From NCBI GenBank assembly GCA_963847625.1, contig CAWKAR010000057.1, forward strand, positions 40,722-104,721: 64,000 bases of DNA, in the 5' to 3' direction. Positions 18,945 to 29,918 of the stretch are shown one piece after another (within the stretch, counting starts at the first letter, position 1; each line of letters opens with the position of its first letter). Both the position numbers and the translations under genes were made by a program. Source of the stretch: a candidate division FCPU426 bacterium. GTDB lineage: Bacteria; Oederibacteriota; Muellerivitia; Muellerivitales; Muellerivitaceae. The notes under the pieces were generated by a model that saw nothing but the letters and a program-made list of their open reading frames with translations, did not search any database and was not told where the DNA came from.

Positions 18945-21632
18945 ATGATCAATAAACGACCCGATCCCGACGCGCTTTTAAGCAAGCTCCAAGCCGAGGA
19001 AAAGGCCCAGAAGCGCGGCAAGTTGAAGATTTTTTTCGGCGCCTCGCCCGGCGTGGGCAAAACCTACGCCATGCTGGAAGCCGCCCGCGCCAAGAAAGCC
19101 GAGGGCCTGGATGTGGTGGTGGGCCCCCTGGAGACCCACGGCCGCGTTGAGACCGCCAGGCTCCTCGAGGGTTTGGAAATTTTGCCGCCGCAGGAATTGG
19201 AGTACCGCGGGACGAAGATGAGGGAGTTCGACATCGATGCGGCGTTGAAACGGAAGCCCGGACTCCTCTTGGTGGACGAGCTGGCCCACACCAACGCCCC
19301 GGGGTCCCGCCACCTGAAGCGCTGGCAGGACGTCGAGGAGCTCCTGGACCTGGGTGTGAGCGTCTTCAGCACCCTGAACGTCCAGCACCTGGAAAGCCTC
19401 AACGACATCGTGGCCCGGATCACGGGCGTGGTGGTGCGGGAAACCCTCCCCGACAAGGTCTTGGAGGAGGCGGACGAGGTGGAGTTGGTGGACCTGCCCC
19501 CCGATGATCTCCTGAAGCGCCTGCGGGAAGGCAAGGTTTACATGCCCGAAGCGGCCCAGCGTGCCGTCGAGAATTTCTTCAAGAAGGGCAACCTGACGGC
19601 GTTGCGGGAGATGGCCCTGCGCACCACGGCCGACCGGGTGAACGACCAGGTCCAGGATTACCGCAAAACCATGGCCATCACCCAGTCCTGGGCCACGGTC
19701 GACCGGATTCTTGTCTGCGTCTCCCCCAGCCCCTCCTCCGCCGACCTGGTGAGGACCGCACACCGAATGGCCAAATCCCTGAGGGCCGGCTGGATCGCCC
19801 TTTACGTGGAATCCCCCGTCCCTCCCGGCCCGGAGGAAAGGGAGCGGGCCGTCCGGCACCTCCGGCTGGCCGAGCAGTTGGGCGCGGAAACCGCCACCCT
19901 CACCGGCGAGCATTTCGCGGAGGAGGTCATGGATTACGCCCGGGAGCGGAACGTCACCAAGATCTTCATCGGCAAGCCCTCGAAATACTCCTGGCGGGCC
20001 CTTCTGCGCCCCTCCCTGGTGGACCAGCTCCTGAGATCCAGCGGGGACATCGACGTTTATGTCACCAAGGGCGAAACGCAGGACTTCCGGGAAAAGAACT
20101 TCCCGTCCGGGCCCGGGGTGGCCAAGCACAGGCTCAACTGGATGGGATACGCCTATTCCCTGCTGTGCGTCGCGGTCAGCACGGCCTTGGCTAACTGGAT
20201 GTTCCCCCACGTGGCCCTGGCCAATCTCATCATGGTTTACCTGTTGGGAATCCTGGCGGTCTCCTCGCGCCAGGGGATCGGCCCTTCCACTTTGGCGACG
20301 TTCCTGAGCGTCATCGCCTTCGATTATTTTTTCGTGACCCCCCGTTTCTCGTTCGCCGTCTCCGACACCCAGTATCTTTTCATGTTTTCGGTCATGCTCC
20401 TGGTGGGCCTTTCCATCAGCAATCTGACCGTCCGGCTGCGGGCGCAGGCCCGGCTTTCACGCCTGAGGGAGCGCCGGACCGCCGCCCTCTATTCCCTGAG
20501 CAGGGAGCTGGCGAGCACTTGGGGCACGGCGGAGCTTTTGGAAATCGCCGTGCGGCACATCTCCGAAGTTTTCGAAAGCTCCGTCATCGCCTTCCTCCCG
20601 GACAAGGACGGGCGCCTGCAAGTCCAGTGCGGGGCGGTAGCGGAATTCAACCTCACCGCCAAGGAACTGGGGGTGGCCCATTGGGTCTTCGACCTGGGCC
20701 AGGTGGCCGGCCGCGGCACCGACACCCTTCCCGCCACCGAGGCGCTGTACCTGCCCTTGCTGGCCTCGGGGGAACCCGTGGGATCCCTCGGCGTGAAGCC
20801 GCGGAACCCGGAAAAGCTTTTCATCCCGGAACAGCTGCACCTGCTGGAGGCCTTCGCCCACCAGACCGCCCTGGCGGTGGCGGCCGACAAGCTCCTCCAG
20901 AAGCAGCAGCAGACCCAGATGCAGGTGGAAACCGAGAAGCTGAGGAGCTCCCTTTTAAGCTCGGTGTCCCACGACCTGCGGACCCCCTTGACCGCCATCA
21001 CGGGCTCCGCCAGCAGCCTCCTGCAGGACGGGGAGTCCCTTCCTCCCTCGGCGAAACGCGACCTCTTGGAGAACATCCACGACGAGGCCGAACGGCTCGA
21101 AAGGCTGGTGGGAAACCTCCTGGAAATGACAAAAATCGAATCCGGCGCCATCCGGCCCAACAAGGAACTCAACCATATCGAGGAGGTCGTCGGGAACGCT
21201 ATCGCCCGCCTGGACAGGAAAACCCAGGGAAGGGTCATTAAAACCCGCATCCCGCCCGATCTTCCGCTGGTCCCCATGGACAGCCTCTTGATTGAGCAGG
21301 TGCTGGTCAACCTGTTGGACAACGCCTTGAAATACACGCCGGGGAACGAACCTATCGGCATCTCGGCCGAATTGGAAAAGGGCCGGTTGAAGGTGGAGGT
21401 GGCCGACCAGGGGCCTGGATTGCCGGAGGGGGACCTGGGACGGATTTTCGAGAAGTTTTACCGGGGCCCCCAGAACGGGAAAACCACCGGAGCGGGCCTA
21501 GGGCTTTCCATCTGCAAGGGTTTCGTTGAAATCCACGGGGGAATCATCACGGCAGAAAACCGCCCCGGCGGCGGCTCCCTTTTCCGGTTTACCCTTCCAA
21601 TTCCGCCATCAGCCTTGAAGGGACGGGAATAA
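18945..21632 (+). CDS. kdpD: Osmosensitive K+ sensor histidine kinase
   Basis: GASPGVGKTYAML, LVDELAHTN, USP domain, 4 TM, GAF, SVSHDLRTPL. Confidence 0.96.
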   Translation: MINKRPDPDALLSKLQAEEKAQKRGKLKIFFGASPGVGKTYAMLEAARAKKAEGLDVVVGPLETHGRVETARLLEGLEILPPQELEYRGTKMREFDIDAALKRKPGLLLVDELAHTNAPGSRHLKRWQDVEELLDLGVSVFSTLNVQHLESLNDIVARITGVVVRETLPDKVLEEADEVELVDLPPDDLLKRLREGKVYMPEAAQRAVENFFKKGNLTALREMALRTTADRVNDQVQDYRKTMAITQSWATVDRILVCVSPSPSSADLVRTAHRMAKSLRAGWIALYVESPVPPGPEERERAVRHLRLAEQLGAETATLTGEHFAEEVMDYARERNVTKIFIGKPSKYSWRALLRPSLVDQLLRSSGDIDVYVTKGETQDFREKNFPSGPGVAKHRLNWMGYAYSLLCVAVSTALANWMFPHVALANLIMVYLLGILAVSSRQGIGPSTLATFLSVIAFDYFFVTPRFSFAVSDTQYLFMFSVMLLVGLSISNLTVRLRAQARLSRLRERRTAALYSLSRELASTWGTAELLEIAVRHISEVFESSVIAFLPDKDGRLQVQCGAVAEFNLTAKELGVAHWVFDLGQVAGRGTDTLPATEALYLPLLASGEPVGSLGVKPRNPEKLFIPEQLHLLEAFAHQTALAVAADKLLQKQQQTQMQVETEKLRSSLLSSVSHDLRTPLTAITGSASSLLQDGESLPPSAKRDLLENIHDEAERLERLVGNLLEMTKIESGAIRPNKELNHIEEVVGNAIARLDRKTQGRVIKTRIPPDLPLVPMDSLLIEQVLVNLLDNALKYTPGNEPIGISAELEKGRLKVEVADQGPGLPEGDLGRIFEKFYRGPQNGKTTGAGLGLSICKGFVEIHGGIITAENRPGGGSLFRFTLPIPPSALKGRE

Positions 21633-21636
21633 TCCT

Positions 21637-22332
21637 ATGGATAACGGCGTTATTTTAATTATCGAGGATGAGCTCCCCATCCGGCGGTTCCTCAAGCCCT
21701 CCCTGCAAAGCCACGGCTTCAAGGTGGTGGAAACCGGCACCGGGGAGGAAGGACTGGCCCTGGCGTCTTCCCACAACCCGGACATCGTGCTGTTGGACCT
21801 GGGGCTTCCCGACATGGACGGGCTGGAGGTGGTCAGGCGGCTCCGGGAATGGTCCGCCGTTCCCATCGTCATCATCACGGCCCGGGGGAAGGAAAAGGAC
21901 AAGATCGCGGGCCTGGACGCGGGCGCTGATGATTACCTGACCAAACCCTTCGACGTGGGGGAGTTGTTGGCGCGCATCCGGGTGGCCCTGCGCCATTCCC
22001 TGCTCCTGAAGAGCGGGGGGAAACAGGACCCGGTCTTCGAGACCCCCGACTTCAAGGTGGATCTTGCCTCCCGGGTAGTGACGGTGCGGGGGAAAGAGAC
22101 CCACCTGACCCCAAACGAGTACGACCTTTTTGCTTACCTCATCCGAAACGCGGGCAAAGTGGTGACCCAGAAACAGATCCTCAAGGAAGTGTGGGGACCC
22201 GCCAGCGGGGACCAGGTCCAGTACCTGCGCATCTACGTGTACCAGTTGAGGCACAAGATCGAGGCCGATCCCGACAGGCCCCGTTATATCGTGACCGAGT
22301 CGGGGGTGGGTTACCGGTTAAAAACGGATTGA
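21637..22332 (+). CDS. kdpE: KdpE response regulator
   Basis: LLDLGLPDMDG, QYLRIYVYQLRHKIEADPDRPRYIVTESGVGY. Confidence 0.94.
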   Translation: MDNGVILIIEDELPIRRFLKPSLQSHGFKVVETGTGEEGLALASSHNPDIVLLDLGLPDMDGLEVVRRLREWSAVPIVIITARGKEKDKIAGLDAGADDYLTKPFDVGELLARIRVALRHSLLLKSGGKQDPVFETPDFKVDLASRVVTVRGKETHLTPNEYDLFAYLIRNAGKVVTQKQILKEVWGPASGDQVQYLRIYVYQLRHKIEADPDRPRYIVTESGVGYRLKTD

Positions 22333-22347
22333 TTCGGGCAGTCCCGC

Positions 22348-23367
22348 TTATTTCCATCCCGCCCAAAGGAAGATCCCCTCGAAAAGCGCCGCGATTAGGG
22401 CGGCCGCCGGGATCGTCAGGATCCAGGCCCACACGATTTTGCCCGCCACCCCCCATTTGACCGAAGAGATCGAGGTGACGCTCCCCACTCCGATGATGGA
22501 CCCTGTGATGGTATGGGTGGTGGAGACCGGGATTCCCAGGTACGTCGCAAAAAAGATCGAGATAGCCCCGCCCGTTTCGGCGCAAGCGCCCCCCACGGGC
22601 CTCAACTTGGTGATTTTTTGACCCATGGTCTTGACAATGCGCCATCCGCCCGACATGGTCCCCAAACCCATGGCCGCGTAACAACAAATAATGATCCACC
22701 AGGCGATTCCCTGGCCGTCCCCCCTGTGCGCCAACTGGGTCTGGTTTGACGCCACCAACAGGGCCATGATAATCCCCATTGTCTTCTGCGAATCATTGGC
22801 GCCATGGCTCACGCAGTAGGCGGCGGACGAGAAATACTGGACCACGCGGAATATGCTGTCCACCGAGGAAGGCGTGACCTTGTGGAACAGGTTAAAAACG
22901 GCGGTCATGAGGAAGGCACCCAAAAAGATGCCGAGGAAGGGTGCTATAAAAATAAAGATGATAGTTTTTTGAAAACCCGCCAGGATAAGGACCTTCCAGC
23001 CTGCGTAGACGACCGCCGCGCCCCCGAATCCCCCGATCAAGGCGTGGGAGGAACTGGTGGGCAGGCCGTAGTACCAGGTGATAAGGTCCCACAGGATGGC
23101 CCCGAGAAGCGCCGCCAGGATGACGAATACCGTGATGCCGGAGGGTTCCACCAATCCTTTCCCCACGGTATTCGCCACGTGGGTGCCCACCGTGAAAGCG
23201 GCCACGAAGTTGAAGAAAGCAGCCCATACGACCGCTTGTCCCGGGCTTAAAACCCTGGTCGAAACAACGGTGGCGATGGCATTGGCCGCGTCGTGGAAGC
23301 CGTTCAGGAAGTCGAACGCCAGGGCGACCAGGATGACCAGGGCGATGACCGTCATTTCCGGATTCAA
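22348..23367 (-). CDS. pit: Inorganic phosphate transporter, PiT family
   Basis: NGFHDAANAIAT, HGANDSQK, PVSTTH. Confidence 0.94.
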   Translation of the reverse strand: MNPEMTVIALVILVALAFDFLNGFHDAANAIATVVSTRVLSPGQAVVWAAFFNFVAAFTVGTHVANTVGKGLVEPSGITVFVILAALLGAILWDLITWYYGLPTSSSHALIGGFGGAAVVYAGWKVLILAGFQKTIIFIFIAPFLGIFLGAFLMTAVFNLFHKVTPSSVDSIFRVVQYFSSAAYCVSHGANDSQKTMGIIMALLVASNQTQLAHRGDGQGIAWWIIICCYAAMGLGTMSGGWRIVKTMGQKITKLRPVGGACAETGGAISIFFATYLGIPVSTTHTITGSIIGVGSVTSISSVKWGVAGKIVWAWILTIPAAALIAALFEGIFLWAGWK

Positions 23368-23437
23368 AGGACCACTCCCATAAAGTATTTACGTAAGGCG
23401 TATGGTTTTATGCCTTTACGCTTGCCGGCGACCGGAT

Positions 23438-24064
23438 TTAAGCGTTTTCCAGCACCACTCCCTCGATGATGTTCGCCACGTCCTCACAGCGGTCAATGGC
23501 CGTTTCTATGTTCTCGAAAATTTCCTTCCATATAAGTACCTTGACCGCATCCTTCTCCTCTTTGAACAGCTTGGCGATGGCCGCGTCCCGCACGGCGTCG
23601 CCATCGTTTTCCAGCTTGTTGATCTCGATGCAGGAGGCCAGGATCTCCTTGGCGTTCTTGAGATTCTTCATACTGGCCACGGCTTTTTGGACCTCCAAGA
23701 CCGAGCGGTAAAGGATTTTGGCGAGTTCGATTAGTTCGGGGGGTATTTCCGTGACGCCGTAAAGCATCATGCGGCGGGCGGCGCCGTCGGTGAAGTCGAT
23801 GACGTCATCCATCAGGGAGATGAGCTGGTGGATCTGGTCCCGGTCGATGGGGGTGATGAAGGTTTTATGGAGCATTTCCATGGTGTGGTGGGTGAGTTCG
23901 TCGGCGAGGTGCTCGGCTTCCTTCAGCCGGCGGACCTTGGCCGGCGCCTCCTGGTAGTGTTCCAGCATGTCCACGAGGATCTGGGAACCTTCCACCAAGG
24001 CCGCCGCGTGCTGGTCGAATACCTCGAAAAAACCGTATTCCTTGGGTATCAGAAAGTTGAACAT
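23438..24064 (-). CDS. DUF47 / PhoU-like Pit accessory protein
   Basis: EHLADE, FITPIDRDQI, LENDGD, DRCEDVA; directly upstream of pit. Confidence 0.9.
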   Translation of the reverse strand: MFNFLIPKEYGFFEVFDQHAAALVEGSQILVDMLEHYQEAPAKVRRLKEAEHLADELTHHTMEMLHKTFITPIDRDQIHQLISLMDDVIDFTDGAARRMMLYGVTEIPPELIELAKILYRSVLEVQKAVASMKNLKNAKEILASCIEINKLENDGDAVRDAAIAKLFKEEKDAVKVLIWKEIFENIETAIDRCEDVANIIEGVVLENA

Positions 24065-24388
24065 GTTCCCTCCGGTTGGGCGGAATGATTCCTTAAAATG
24101 CCGGAAGAAGATTGCCACACCCGGGTGAAGAGGTCAACCCGGAAAATAAACTTGTGGTAAAACAAGGTGGTTGCCCCCGATTTTCCATATTTAAAACATT
24201 AAAAAGAATTCGCCTTTAAGGGAAATGAAAGTCAAGAACCCTTTTTTCAAGTCTCGAAACCTAAAAAAGCCATTCCTAAACTCATATGAAATATTTTTTT
24301 TGTGTGACGGGGGTCATAATCAAAATTAACTTCGGCCATAAAATATGGTTGCCCCGAGTTTAATCCCATTTTTTTAAGAGAGGTTCCC

Positions 24389-26344
24389 GTGAATCTCATA
24401 AGTTTCTTGATTTTGTTCCCGCTTATTCCAGCCCTAATATTGTTTGTGACAACCAGCCAAACCCTGCGCGCCTGGGTGGTGCGCCTAAGCGTATTGGCGA
24501 TCATCGTAGCTTCCGTGGCTTTGGTTTACCAATACATGGGGCCTGCCACTACCTTCTTCAAGGTTGACCAACCCTGGACCGATAAGGCACTACTGGCGGG
24601 GGACTTACTCCTCACCTTATATTTACTCTATTGTTGCAAGGATATCCTCCTAAAAGAATCCTGGATCCCGGTTCTTCTGGTATTGCAGGCCGCCGTGACG
24701 GCCTACACCGAGTTCGGTTTCCCCGCCCAACCAGTGATGAACGAGCTTTACGTCGATAATTTTTCCCTGATCATGGCGTTAATCATCGGCGTGATAGGCG
24801 GTCTTATTTGCGTTTACGCCATCTCTTATATGAAGGATTTCCACGAACACCATCCCCAGGTCCAGGACAAGCGCCGTGGTTTTTTCTTCCTTCTTTTCCT
24901 TTTTCTTTCGGCCATGTTCGGGGTGGTTTTTTCCAACCATCTCGGTTGGCTGTTCCTGTTCTGGGAAATCACCACCCTTTGCTCCTTCCTCATGATCCGC
25001 TATACCGAAGAGGAGGAGGCGAAGCGCAACGCCTTCCAAGCCTTGGGCATGAACCTGATCGGCGGCCTGGGTTTCGCCCTGGCCTTGTTTTTCCTGGCGG
25101 CATAATCAGCTGTTCCCCGGCCTTGGACCTGCTCATCACCCTGGGTAAGACCGGCGCCTTGATAGCCGTTCTCCCCGCGGTCCTGATATGCTTCGCGGGC
25201 CTGACCAAATCCGCCCAATTGCCCTTCAGCTCCTGGCTCCTGGGAGCCATGGTGGCCCCCACCCCCGTGTCCGCCCTGCTCCATTCCAGCACCATGGTGA
25301 AGGCCGGGGTCTTCATCATCGTCAAGTTCGCGCCCGTCATGGAGAAAAACCCGAGCGTGGGCTTTTTCCTCGGGCTGGTGGGCGGAGTCACCTTCCTGAT
25401 CGCCTCGCTCGCGGCCGTGACCCAAAGCAACGCCAAGCGCGTCCTGGCTTATTCCACCATCGCCAATTTGGGGCTGGTGGTGGCTTGCGCCGGAGTCGGG
25501 ACACCCCAGGCCATCTGGGCCGCGATCCTGCTGATCATCTTCCACGCCATCGCCAAGGGCCTTTTATTCCAGGCCGTGGGTTCGGTGGAGCACAAGATCG
25601 GGAGCCGGGATATCGAGGACATGGACGGCCTGATCGTCACCCGCCCCGGCCTTGCCTTCGTCCTCCTGGTAGGCATCCTGGGAATGTTCCTGGCGCCCTT
25701 TGGAATGCTCATCAGCAAGTGGGCCTGCCTGGAAGCCTTCATCCAAAGCAATCCCCTATTGGCGATCCTCCTGGCCTTCGGTAGCGGCCCCACCCTCTTT
25801 TTCTGGGCCAAATGGATGGGCAAACTCATCAGCATGCCTACCACCGAGCGGGCCAAGGGGCTGTCAGCGGTGACGAATGGGCTTCCCTGGGTACCTTGTC
25901 GGTCTTGACCATCGCCGCCTGCGCGCTCTTTCCCATTGTTTCCCACGACATGATCATGCCTTATCTCCAGGCCCCTGCCGGCGTCATGGAACCCCTGACC
26001 CACGGAAATATGTCCATCATGCTCATTATGCTGGGCTCGTTCCTCGTCCTTCCCCCGCTTTACCGTTTCATTCCACGGAAGGAAATCCAGGTGTCCTCCT
26101 ACCTGGCCGGCGCCAACTTCCAAAACGGCAACTCTCAATTCAAGGGAGCCATTGGCCGGTCCATGGGCGTTGAAATGCGTAATTACTACTTGAGTTCCAT
26201 CCTGAACGAGAACACCCTGGCCCTGGTGGGCAGGGCTTGTTGCGCGGGCCTGATCCTGGTCATGGTTTGGATGGGCGTCTCCTATCGGGGAGGGGTTGAA
26301 CTTCCCCTCACCTTGAGCCAGGCTCCGGCCCAGTCCCTGGACCC
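24389..26344 (+). CDS. echA: Ech hydrogenase antiporter-like subunit A (indels near 25100 and 25860; no stop before echB)
   Basis: FWEITTLCSFLMI, TKSAQLPFSSWLLGAMVAPTPVSALLHSSTMVKAG, VLAYSTIANLG across ORFs 24389, 24808 and 25812. Confidence 0.85.
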
Positions 26345-27210
26345 GATGCTGAGACTGGCGCTGTTCGCCGCCTTCATCTTGGGCGCCCCCGTATTGGGCT
26401 GCCTTCTGGCCGGGATTTGACCGGATCGTAACCGCCCGTATGCAGGGGCGGGTCGGACCGCCGATCCTTCAACCCTTTTACGACGTGATGAAACTCCTGG
26501 AAAAGCAAACGGTCGTGGTCAACCACGCCCAGGCTTATTACGTTTTTTGCTTCCTTTTATTCATGGTTTTGACAGGCGCGCTTTTCTTCATGGGCGGAGA
26601 TCTGCTGTTGGTGGTGTTCGCCCTGACGGTAGCCTCCATTTTCCTCGTCCTGGCCGGTTATTCCCCCAACTCGCCCTATAGCACCATCGGCGCGGAGCGG
26701 GAACTCCTGCAAATGATGGCCTATGAGCCCATGCTTCTCTTGATGGTTTTGGGCATGTACCAGTCCGCCCATAGTTTCCACGTGCAGTCCATTCTAACGG
26801 CCCCACATCCCCTCTTGTACGCCCTCCCCGGCGCTTTTCTGGGCTTCATCTTCATCCTGACCATTAAACTGCGAAAGTCGCCTTTCGACCTATCCACCTC
26901 TCACCACGGGCACCAGGAACTGGTGAAGGGCCTGACCACCGAGTTCTCGGGCACCCAACTGGCCATGATCGAGGTGGGTCACTGGTACGAGAACATTCTT
27001 TTGCTGGGCCTGGTTTATTTATTTTTCGCCGCTTTCTCCCTCTGGATCGCCCTGGCCGCAACATTGGCGGTTTACCTCTTCGAAATCCTGATTGACAATT
27101 CCTACGCCCGTCTGACCTGGCAGTTTACCTTGAGGTCGGCTTGGGGCGTGGCCGCGTTGCTGGGTGCCGGTAACATATTGTTTCTTTTTTACAACTTGTT
27201 AGCGAGGTGA
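26345..27210 (+). CDS. echB: Ech hydrogenase subunit B (NuoH-like); indel near 26416
   Basis: APVLGCLLAGI|DRIVTARMQGRVGPPILQPFYD, KSPFDLSTSHHGHQELVKG. Confidence 0.88.
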
Positions 27211-27214
27211 CGTC

Positions 27215-27673
27215 TTGAGCTTTCTTAAAAAATCCCCCTGGATCCTGCATTATGACGCCTCCAGTTGCAACGGATGTGATATCGAGGTGCTGGCCTGCCT
27301 GACGCCGCTTTACGACATAGAGCGTTTCGGCATCATCAACACCGGCAATCCCAAGCATGCCGACATCCTTCTTATCACTGGTTCCGTCAACGAGCAGAAC
27401 CGGGACGTGGTGAAAAATCTCTATAGCCAGATGCCCAACCCCAAGGTGGTGGTGGCCATCGGCGCCTGCGCACTTTCCGGGGGCATTTTCCGGGAATGCT
27501 ACAACATCCACCAGGGCGTGGATTCCACCATCCCCGTGGACGTTTATATTCCGGGCTGTGCGGCCCGGCCGGAGGCCATTATTGACGGCGTCGTGCAGGG
27601 CCTAGGCGCCCTGGAAAAAAAGGCTGCGGACCTGAAAGCCGGGAAAACCGCGGGAAAGGCGTTAGCGTCATGA
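27215..27673 (+). CDS. echC: Ech small subunit (NuoB-like)
   Basis: SSCNGCDIE, GACALSGG, IPGCAARPE. Confidence 0.92.
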   Translation: MSFLKKSPWILHYDASSCNGCDIEVLACLTPLYDIERFGIINTGNPKHADILLITGSVNEQNRDVVKNLYSQMPNPKVVVAIGACALSGGIFRECYNIHQGVDSTIPVDVYIPGCAARPEAIIDGVVQGLGALEKKAADLKAGKTAGKALAS

Positions 27674-28044
27674 TGTATATCGAGGAACAACCCCAGGTGG
27701 CCTTGGACCGGACCCAACTGGTGTCCAAGGTGGCTGATCTCAAGCGGGACGGACATCGCCTCGTGCAGATCTGCGCCACGACATTGATCGAGAATTTTGA
27801 AATCACTTACAGCTTCGATAAGCAAGGAAAGCTGATCAACCTTCGGCTGATGGTGCCCCGCTCCGACGCGGTCATTCCCAGCATCACCGGCGAGTATTTC
27901 GGTGCCTTTACCTACGAGAACGAGCTGCAGGACCTCTTCGGGTTGAAAGTAATTGATTTGAAGCTGAACTTCAACGGGAACTTCTACCAATTGGCAAAGA
28001 AGACGCCGTTTGCCGATGATAAAACTACGACACAGGGGAAATGA
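27670..28044 (+). CDS. echD: Ech subunit D (NuoC-like)
   Basis: RLVQICAT, IPSIT..YFGAFTYENELQDLFG. Confidence 0.88.
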   Translation: MMYIEEQPQVALDRTQLVSKVADLKRDGHRLVQICATTLIENFEITYSFDKQGKLINLRLMVPRSDAVIPSITGEYFGAFTYENELQDLFGLKVIDLKLNFNGNFYQLAKKTPFADDKTTTQGK

Positions 28045-28045
28045 C

Positions 28046-29125
28046 ATGGGCAAACAAACCATAGTGCCTTTTGGGCCCCAACATCCTGTCCTTCCGGAAC
28101 CCATCCACCTGGACCTGGTCCTGGAGGATGAGAAAGTCGTTCAGGCGATCCCTTCCATCGGGTTCATCCACCGGGGCCTGGAACGCCTGGCCGAAAAGAA
28201 GGAATTCACCGAGATGGTTTACGTGGCCGACCGCATCTGCGGGATCTGCAGTTTTATCCACAGCACCGCTTACTGCCAGGCGGTGGAATCGGTCATGAAG
28301 ATCGAGGTGCCTGAAAGGGCCAAGTTCCTGCGCGCGATCTGGTCGGAAATATCCCGTATCCACAGCCACCTGCTGTGGCTGGGCCTGATGGCGGATTCCT
28401 TCGGCTTCGAGAACCTCTTCATGCTTTCCTGGCGGGTCCGGGAGCAGATCCTGGACCTGGTGGAGGCAACCACGGGCGGCCGGGTTATCTTTGGATCCAG
28501 CAAGGTCGGCGGCGTCCGGCGCGACATCCAGACCGACGCCATGACCGGCGTTTTCAAAGAACTGAGGGAGATCGAGGAACAATGCCACGATATCACCTCG
28601 GTATTCGTGAAGGACAACTCCGTCAAGCGCCGCACCGTCGGGGTGGGCGTGCTGTCCAAAGACGACGCCTATCTTTTGGGGGCCGTTGGGCCCGTGCTTC
28701 GGGCCAGCGGCTGGGCATCCGACACCCGGCTTTTGAAATACGGGGCTTACGGGGAACTCGGTTTCGAACCGATCGTTGAAACCGCCGGCGACTCTTACGC
28801 CCGCACGGTCGTTCGTTGCCGGGAAATATACCAATCCTTCGGCATGATCCGGCAAGCCATCGAGAAGATCCCCTCGGGGCCCATTGACGTGAAGGTGACG
28901 GGGACTCCCACCGGCGAGTATTTCGCCCGCCTGGAGCAGCCCCGCGGAGAGGTGATCCACTATGTCAAGGGCAACGGAACGAAGTTCCTGGAGCGTTACC
29001 GGGTTCGCACGCCCACCTTCGCCAACGTCCCGCCCCTCGTGCACATGCTGGGCGGATGCCAGTTAGCCGACGTGCCCGTGATCGTGTTGAGCATTGACCC
29101 CTGTATCAGCTGTACGGAGAGATAA
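28046..29125 (+). CDS. echE: Ech [NiFe] large subunit, group 4
   Basis: PFGPQHP, RICGICS and DPCISCTER* with no C-terminal extension. Confidence 0.94.
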   Translation: MGKQTIVPFGPQHPVLPEPIHLDLVLEDEKVVQAIPSIGFIHRGLERLAEKKEFTEMVYVADRICGICSFIHSTAYCQAVESVMKIEVPERAKFLRAIWSEISRIHSHLLWLGLMADSFGFENLFMLSWRVREQILDLVEATTGGRVIFGSSKVGGVRRDIQTDAMTGVFKELREIEEQCHDITSVFVKDNSVKRRTVGVGVLSKDDAYLLGAVGPVLRASGWASDTRLLKYGAYGELGFEPIVETAGDSYARTVVRCREIYQSFGMIRQAIEKIPSGPIDVKVTGTPTGEYFARLEQPRGEVIHYVKGNGTKFLERYRVRTPTFANVPPLVHMLGGCQLADVPVIVLSIDPCISCTER

Positions 29126-29126
29126 C

Positions 29127-29522
29127 ATGCCCTACTTTAAAATGTCCAAGACCGCCATCAAGGGAGCGTTTTCAAAACCCGCCACCCGGCGCTATCCTTT
29201 TGAGGTCCGGCCCGATATCTCGAAAACACGGGGCCGCATCGACCTGCACATCGAGAATTGCACCTTCTGCACCCTTTGTCAGAGAAAATGCCCGACCGGC
29301 GCCATCGAGATAGACCGGAAAAGCCAACCCCGGGTCTTCAAGCTGGACCGTTTCAGATGCATCCTTTGCGGGGCTTGCGTGGAAGCCTGTTTGACGAAGA
29401 ATTCCATACATGTCGCCGACCATTACGCGCCTCCCTCCGATAAGCGCGGGGTGATCACTTGGACGCAGGAAACTCCGCCGCCCAAACCCGCGGCACCGGC
29501 TTCGCCCGCGAAACCCGCCTGA
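29127..29522 (+). CDS. echF: Ech 2x[4Fe-4S] subunit (NuoI-like)
   Basis: CTFCTLCQRKCP, CILCGACVEAC. Confidence 0.9.
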   Translation: MPYFKMSKTAIKGAFSKPATRRYPFEVRPDISKTRGRIDLHIENCTFCTLCQRKCPTGAIEIDRKSQPRVFKLDRFRCILCGACVEACLTKNSIHVADHYAPPSDKRGVITWTQETPPPKPAAPASPAKPA

Positions 29523-29573
29523 ACTCCCGTTGGGTCCCTTGACTTTCGCCTGACGCCATGCGTGAATAATCCT

Positions 29574-29918
29574 ATGCATGAGTACTCGGTTGCCTTGAAT
29601 ATCGCCGATCTGGTCCTCCAACACAGCCGGGGCAAACGGCTCGAAAAGGTCCAGCTGAATATCGGCGCCTTATCCGGCATCTTCTACGAATCCCTTGAGA
29701 TGTATTTGCAACTGGTCTTCGAGGAAAAAGGCCATAAGGGGGTTAAGCTGGCGGCTCATTTCACCCCCGCAACCTTCCTTTGCGCATGCGGGAAGCAGTA
29801 TGAGGTTCACAGTATGTCCGAGGCTTGTCCCTCCTGCGGCAATTACGACCGGAAAATAACCACCGGAAATGACTGCCAAGTGGAAAGTATCGAGGTGAGC
29901 GATGACGGAGAAAATTGA
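29574..29918 (+). CDS. hypA: Hydrogenase nickel metallochaperone
   Basis: MHEYS, CACG, CPSC. Confidence 0.92.
   Translation: MHEYSVALNIADLVLQHSRGKRLEKVQLNIGALSGIFYESLEMYLQLVFEEKGHKGVKLAAHFTPATFLCACGKQYEVHSMSEACPSCGNYDRKITTGNDCQVESIEVSDDGEN

Noticed and set aside
10590..26420. Frameshifts in pstS, pstB and echAB as programmed frameshifting or pseudogenes
   Set aside because: They are mostly single-base indels in short homopolymers of otherwise intact, conserved genes, and the NHL gene near 63870-63945 shows similar breaks. Sequencing error is the simpler explanation.
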